This document shows, piece after piece, positions 59,894-64,000 of a DNA stretch of 64,000 bases. The stretch covers positions 107,031 through 171,030 of the forward strand of contig MCFE01000104.1 in NCBI GenBank assembly GCA_002104905.1, given 5' to 3'. Source of the DNA: Basidiobolus meristosporus CBS 931.73. Its lineage: Eukaryota > Fungi > Basidiobolomycota. The notes beneath the pieces were generated by a model. It made no database searches and had not been told where the DNA came from. It saw nothing but the letters and a program-made list of their open reading frames with translations. Positions within the stretch are counted from its first letter, which is position 1. Every line of letters begins with the position of its first letter. The position numbers and the translations under genes were made by a program.

Positions 59894-62662
59894 CTACTGT
59901 TGTAGCTTTGATACAAGAGTGTGTAGCTGAGGGGAATTTGTAGGTAAGTTAATAAGAAGTGATGATAGTTCTTCAGTGCTCAAGACACTGTTCAGTGGGA
60001 AGGGGGGTAGCAAGAGAGGTAAGAATGACTTGTGAACAACATTAATGAGGGGAATGTGATAAGGATTGATATTCATCATAAAGGGAGTGTGCTGCTGCAG
60101 ATATTGCTGCCAAAGGTCTGTCAAGTACTTCAGGTAGGCCAGCTTGGGTTTTTCTGACTGCAGAATATATTGAGCAAACTTCTTGACTTCAGGATCTCCA
60201 AGTATAGTTCTCCAGCAGGAGCCAAGTGTTGTGTGGTGTGTTCTCTTCCAGGCCTTAATCAGTGGGTTGTTGCAGTTGTGAAGTCTGAGGTGTAATCTGG
60301 TTCTAAGGTAGAGAAGTCTGATCTTATAGGGCATAAACCCAAAAGCACCAAGAATAGCATGTCTGTAGGGGCATTCAGGCAAATGAGGCACCAAGGAGGT
60401 AATGCACCATACTGCAAACTTGTCAAGCTTAGTGCAGTCTCTAGAAGTAAGAGAGAGAAGTGGTAAGCCAAATTCCAGGACAGGGAAGACAAACTGCTTG
60501 AGTAGAAGGAGGCAGCTGGAAGCTGAAGTTGTAGGAGGAGTAACAGCCAGTAGCTTGTGGAGTGCCTGTCTTGCCAGGATAATTCTCTGCTTCAGGTGTG
60601 CTCCAGAGTCTAGTCCAGTAGGAAGGAAAGGAAAGCCAAGATATGTAGCAGAAACCTGAGCAGGTAGAGTGGAGTTCTCCAAGCTGATGGGAGAGCCCAA
60701 AGGTACTGTCTTTGCAATGGAAAGCTGGAGATTATTCTTCTGCAGATACTGGTTGATGGTCTGGGAGTCTTGTTGCACATTGGAGGAGGATATTCTGATG
60801 TCATCAGCAAAGAGAGTAACCAGGCAGTCAGCTGAGAGTCTTGGGAAATCATTCAGGAAGATGGCAAACAGTATAGGACCAAGCACAGAGCCTTGAACCA
60901 CTCCATTAGGAACTGAGAACACAGCTGATTGCTCACTTGGGTAGAGAATTCTTGCTTGTGGATCCAGAAACAGAGACCTGACAAGGAGGGTGAGAGAGGT
61001 ACTGGAGAAGCATTGCAACTTGGACCAAAGCAGATTTCTGTCAACTGAATCAAAGGCCTTAGTAATATCAAACAGAACTGAGGGATACTTGCACTGGAGA
61101 GAGTGATCTTGGCTAAGTATGACTGCATATTCCAAGGAGAGGCCAGGAACAAAGCCAAACTGTGCAGGATGAAACTTGAGGGAGTCAGAGTAGAGCTCCT
61201 GAGCAAGCAGAAGCTCAAACACCTTTCTGCAGGTGGGCAGCAGAGATATTGGCCTATAGGAGCTAGGATCCAGGTGCTTTCCTTTACCCTTGTACAGTGG
61301 CAGAACATTTGCAAAGGACCATTCCTCAGGAGTAGAAAGCTGGGCTGAGCATTGCTGAAACAGTGGAAGCAGAAGTGCAGACATGGCCTTGGTACTAGTC
61401 TTCAGAAGCTCATAGGAGATTGTGTCCACACCTGGAGCAGTAGAGTTGGGAAGCCTCTTGAGCACATTATGGATTCTCCCTTGATCAAGTGCAAGTGGGA
61501 TGGGCAGAGTCTTGAAGTCAGGATGAAAGCCAGGAGTTGAGTACTGCTTTGTAGAGAAGAAGATGTTAGCCAGCTGTTCTGTTGAAGGTAACTTCCTGGA
61601 AGAGGGCCTCATTGCCCTGTAGAGTCTTGATACTGTTCTTGTTATAGAGTTGGAAGATTGCAGAGGCAAAGAACTCATAATATGATCCCAGAGCTGAGTA
61701 TGCAGAGTGTGGTGAATTGCCTTGGAGTGGTGTATTGCTGTCAGGAGGAGTTTCTCTGTTTTTGGGTTAGGGAAACTCAGGTAGCTTTGTTGCAGGGCTG
61801 AAACAATGGATTCCCAATTTCTTGAGGTAACAGCAGTAGTCTTGCATGGCAGTGAGAGGGAGGCAGACACCAGAATCAGATGCTTCACAAAGAGCCAGGC
61901 ATAGTTGAGATCATCAGGCAGAGAAAGTAGCAAACTGGCAAGCTTCAAGTAGTTCCCAAAGTCTTTCTTCTGATTCTTGGTAGCTTTGTGGGTGAGCACA
62001 GTAAGTTTTGGCAGCTTCTTCTTCACAACTGGTTGCATAGAAAGCAACCAGGCTGGGTGGTCAGAGGCTCTCAAGGATCCTAGCTCAGCTCCAGAGAATT
62101 GCTTAACTTCGTTCACAAAGTAGAGGGCAGCAGCAGAAGGGCAGATCCAGTCAACACATCTTTTCTCAGATTGAGCACCTAGTGCTAGCAGATGGCTTTC
62201 TCTCAGGAAGTTCAGTAGGAATGTAGATCTTGGCTTCATTCTTGCAGTCAGAGTAGTCTTGTTCTCAGGATGGGGAATGTTGAGATCTCCAAGCAAGATA
62301 ATAGGTGTTGATATAGATTGCTGGTATTGCTGAACTTTCTGGCATATAACTTGCACTTCCTGAAGGGCAAGACTTGGAGGCAGATAGCAGAGCACCAGAC
62401 TGATAGTTGGCAACTGGAGAGCAGCACAGTAAGGGGAGTAAAGAGGAACACAGAGCTGAGGAGTATTGATGGTAGAAGAGATGAAGCAGATAGAGGAGGT
62501 ATTCTTTGTTCTAGGTGTAGAAAAGCAATATAGATTAGTCAAAAGTATAGAGGGTAGCTGGACATCAATCAAACACAGGAGGGAAAATCTTGAAAGAAGT
62601 CTCTCTAGAGTTGGTCTTGATGGCAGTATGCTGTTGCAGTTAAGCAACAGAACTTCAGGTAG
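59894..62662 (-). CDS. ORF2: apurinic-like endonuclease + reverse transcriptase (no ATG start; in frame with ORF1)
   Basis: APE: VLLLNCNS, LCLIDV, LCYLP, GDLN, VDWI, SDH. RT: APGVD, YRPISLL, QFGF, FDITKAFDSV, GVVQGSVLGP, FADD. Confidence 0.95.
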   Translation of the reverse strand, partial: LPEVLLLNCNSILPSRPTLERLLSRFSLLCLIDVQLPSILLTNLYCFSTPRTKNTSSICFISSTINTPQLCVPLYSPYCAALQLPTISLVLCYLPPSLALQEVQVICQKVQQYQQSISTPIILLGDLNIPHPENKTTLTARMKPRSTFLLNFLRESHLLALGAQSEKRCVDWICPSAAALYFVNEVKQFSGAELGSLRASDHPAWLLSMQPVVKKKLPKLTVLTHKATKNQKKDFGNYLKLASLLLSLPDDLNYAWLFVKHLILVSASLSLPCKTTAVTSRNWESIVSALQQSYLSFPNPKTEKLLLTAIHHSKAIHHTLHTQLWDHIMSSLPLQSSNSITRTVSRLYRAMRPSSRKLPSTEQLANIFFSTKQYSTPGFHPDFKTLPIPLALDQGRIHNVLKRLPNSTAPGVDTISYELLKTSTKAMSALLLPLFQQCSAQLSTPEEWSFANVLPLYKGKGKHLDPSSYRPISLLPTCRKVFELLLAQELYSDSLKFHPAQFGFVPGLSLEYAVILSQDHSLQCKYPSVLFDITKAFDSVDRNLLWSKLQCFSSTSLTLLVRSLFLDPQARILYPSEQSAVFSVPNGVVQGSVLGPILFAIFLNDFPRLSADCLVTLFADDIRISSSNVQQDSQTINQYLQKNNLQLSIAKTVPLGSPISLENSTLPAQVSATYLGFPFLPTGLDSGAHLKQRIILARQALHKLLAVTPPTTSASSCLLLLKQFVFPVLEFGLPLLSLTSRDCTKLDKFAVWCITSLVPHLPECPYRHAILGAFGFMPYKIRLLYLRTRLHLRLHNCNNPLIKAWKRTHHTTLGSCWRTILGDPEVKKFAQYILQSEKPKLAYLKYLTDLWQQYLQQHTPFMMNINPYHIPLINVVHKSFLPLLLPPFPLNSVLSTEELSSLLINLPTNSPQLHTLVSKLQQ

Positions 62663-63766
62663 TCAGGCAGTGGTTGTAGCTTCTTCAGAGGCAGCATTGA
62701 CAATGTGACCTGCAGAGTCCCAGAGCTCTTCAAATGGTGCATCACTTAAGTCAGCAAGGAGGGAAATGGCATGGTTCTTGAGGAAGTATGCCACATCATA
62801 GGAGGGGGCTTGTCTCTTGATGGCAGCAAAGAAAGACAGAATGGCAACATGGGCTGGAGGCTTGTTGAACAGTAGAGAGTCAGAGGATTCAGATTCTTCA
62901 GGCACTATCTTGAAGTCAGTTTTCAGCCAGTTAAGGTTCTTCTCCACAAAGGCAACAAATGGGTCAGCAATGTTTTGGTCTAGGATAACCTCCAGAATCT
63001 TCCCTTTTCTCCAGGCCAGGTTGACAATTCTTGAGAGCTGAATATTGCATGCCTTGAGTGCTTTCATGATGTTGGAAATGGGAGTCCAGGGAACTTGCTT
63101 CAAGTACACCACAGTCCAGGTAGAAGCTGGTGGTAGGTTTGCTGGGGGCTTGTAAGTCCTTCTGTGTGGCAATGGAGCTGCAGTAGTCAGATTGGAGTCC
63201 ACATTCTCAGTAGAGGGTTTTCTTGATGTGTCTTGCTGAATGGTACTGGAGCTGGATGTGCTGATAATTCTTGCTAGAACCTTGCCTGCATAAGTCTGAG
63301 GTATAGCTGAGGTAACTGTAGAGGTGGTGGCAGCTGGTGCAGGTGGAGAGGCAGAAACTGAAGCTGGAACTGAGGTCACCTGGGAGAAGGCAGTAGAAGC
63401 AGGTTTTCTGGGAGGAACAGAGTTCACTATCCAGTTCTTCTGTAAAACACTGGAGTAGCTTTTCTGTGGAACAGGATCTTGCTCTTGAACAGGAACAGAA
63501 GCAGGAGGCTGGGGCTGAGCAGTAGTGGTAAGGCAGTGGCACTCCAAGGAAGCTTTTTGCAAGGCATCTCTGGCAGTTTTCAGGGCAGTATTGGCTTCAT
63601 TCTTGAGCTTCTTGCATTGGGTATCCAGTCTCTTGTTTTCAAGAGCCAGGGCAGTATTGGCAGCCTCTAAATCAGCAATTCTCTTCTCAATTGCAAGGAA
63701 TCTCTGAAGAAATGCATCAGTAGAAGTGCTGGCATCTGGGAGAGCAGTGGCAGGAATAGAGTCCAT
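62663..63766 (-). CDS. ORF1: coiled coil + S/P/T/A linker + putative RRM-like nucleic-acid-binding domain
   Basis: First ATG at 63766 (MDSIPAT), heptads IEKRIADLEAANTALALENKRL, and a C-terminal domain conserved with units B and C. No CCHC knuckles. Confidence 0.85.
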   Translation of the reverse strand: MDSIPATALPDASTSTDAFLQRFLAIEKRIADLEAANTALALENKRLDTQCKKLKNEANTALKTARDALQKASLECHCLTTTAQPQPPASVPVQEQDPVPQKSYSSVLQKNWIVNSVPPRKPASTAFSQVTSVPASVSASPPAPAATTSTVTSAIPQTYAGKVLARIISTSSSSTIQQDTSRKPSTENVDSNLTTAAPLPHRRTYKPPANLPPASTWTVVYLKQVPWTPISNIMKALKACNIQLSRIVNLAWRKGKILEVILDQNIADPFVAFVEKNLNWLKTDFKIVPEESESSDSLLFNKPPAHVAILSFFAAIKRQAPSYDVAYFLKNHAISLLADLSDAPFEELWDSAGHIVNAASEEATTTA

Positions 63767-63808
63767 TGACAGTGGGCTTCTTGGAGGCAAGGAAAGTGGA
63801 CTGGCAGA

Positions 63809-63999
63809 TTAGGGTTAGGGTTAGGGTTAGGGTTAGGGTTAGGGTTAGGGTTAGGGTTAGGGTTAGGGTTAGGGTTAGGGTTAGGGTTAGGGTTAGGGTT
63901 AGGGTTAGGGTTAGGGTTAGGGTTAGGGTTAGGGTTAGGGTTAGGGTTAGGGTTAGGGTTAGGGTTAGGGTTAGGGTTAGGGTTAGGGTTAGGGTTAGG
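63809..63999 (+). repeat. Telomere (TTAGGG)n, about 32 units
   Basis: Perfect TTAGGG array running to the window end, G-rich strand 5'->3' toward the end. Confidence 0.99.
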
Positions 64000-64000
64000 T

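Larger units (their letters stand above)
59827..63808 (-). mobile_element. Telomeric array unit A: apparently intact APE-type non-LTR retrotransposon, 5' end abutting the telomere
   Basis: ORF1 plus ORF2 (APE+RT), short 3' UTR with AATAAA, and a tail AGGGTTAGGG on the + strand. Confidence 0.95.

Noticed and set aside
61764-61772. GGGTTAGGG inside ORF2
   Set aside because: A single motif within an uninterrupted reading frame (FPNP); not a junction.

Overview
This is the terminal 64 kb of a eukaryotic chromosome arm, ending in about 32 TTAGGG repeats. Intron style and gene content suggest an early-diverging fungus; that taxon is an inference. From about 1 to 50 kb there are ordinary, mostly intron-containing genes: CoA-transferase, eIF4E, ALG5, CCDC77-like, GGA, RPS30, SMAP, NDT80-like, peroxiredoxin, RPL24, SKT5/CHS4, profilin, MO25, a LysP-like permease, two PPR genes, IWS1, PRE9, RRP43, a UBX protein and three paralogous secreted Cys-rich proteins. 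Four U1 snRNA genes sit in a duplicated two-gene cassette. The last 12 kb is the most unusual part. (i) A recent Ty3/gypsy element with apparently identical LTRs and an in-frame loss of RNase H is inserted 12 bp upstream of tRNA-Thr(CGT). (ii) A U6 gene with an atypical 3' UUCG hairpin shares a TCCCA upstream element with the U1 genes. (iii) A head-to-tail array of telomere-targeted non-LTR retroelements reaches the telomere. The array has one intact APE+RT element, whose ORF2 is joined in frame to ORF1 across a single UGA-CUA readthrough-type stop, and two copies of a divergent ORF1-only sister family. All three units end in the same 3' hairpin plus a telomere-complementary tail, and the intact element's coding DNA is almost free of CpG. 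Spans of spliced genes were inferred by eye, so exon boundaries are approximate.
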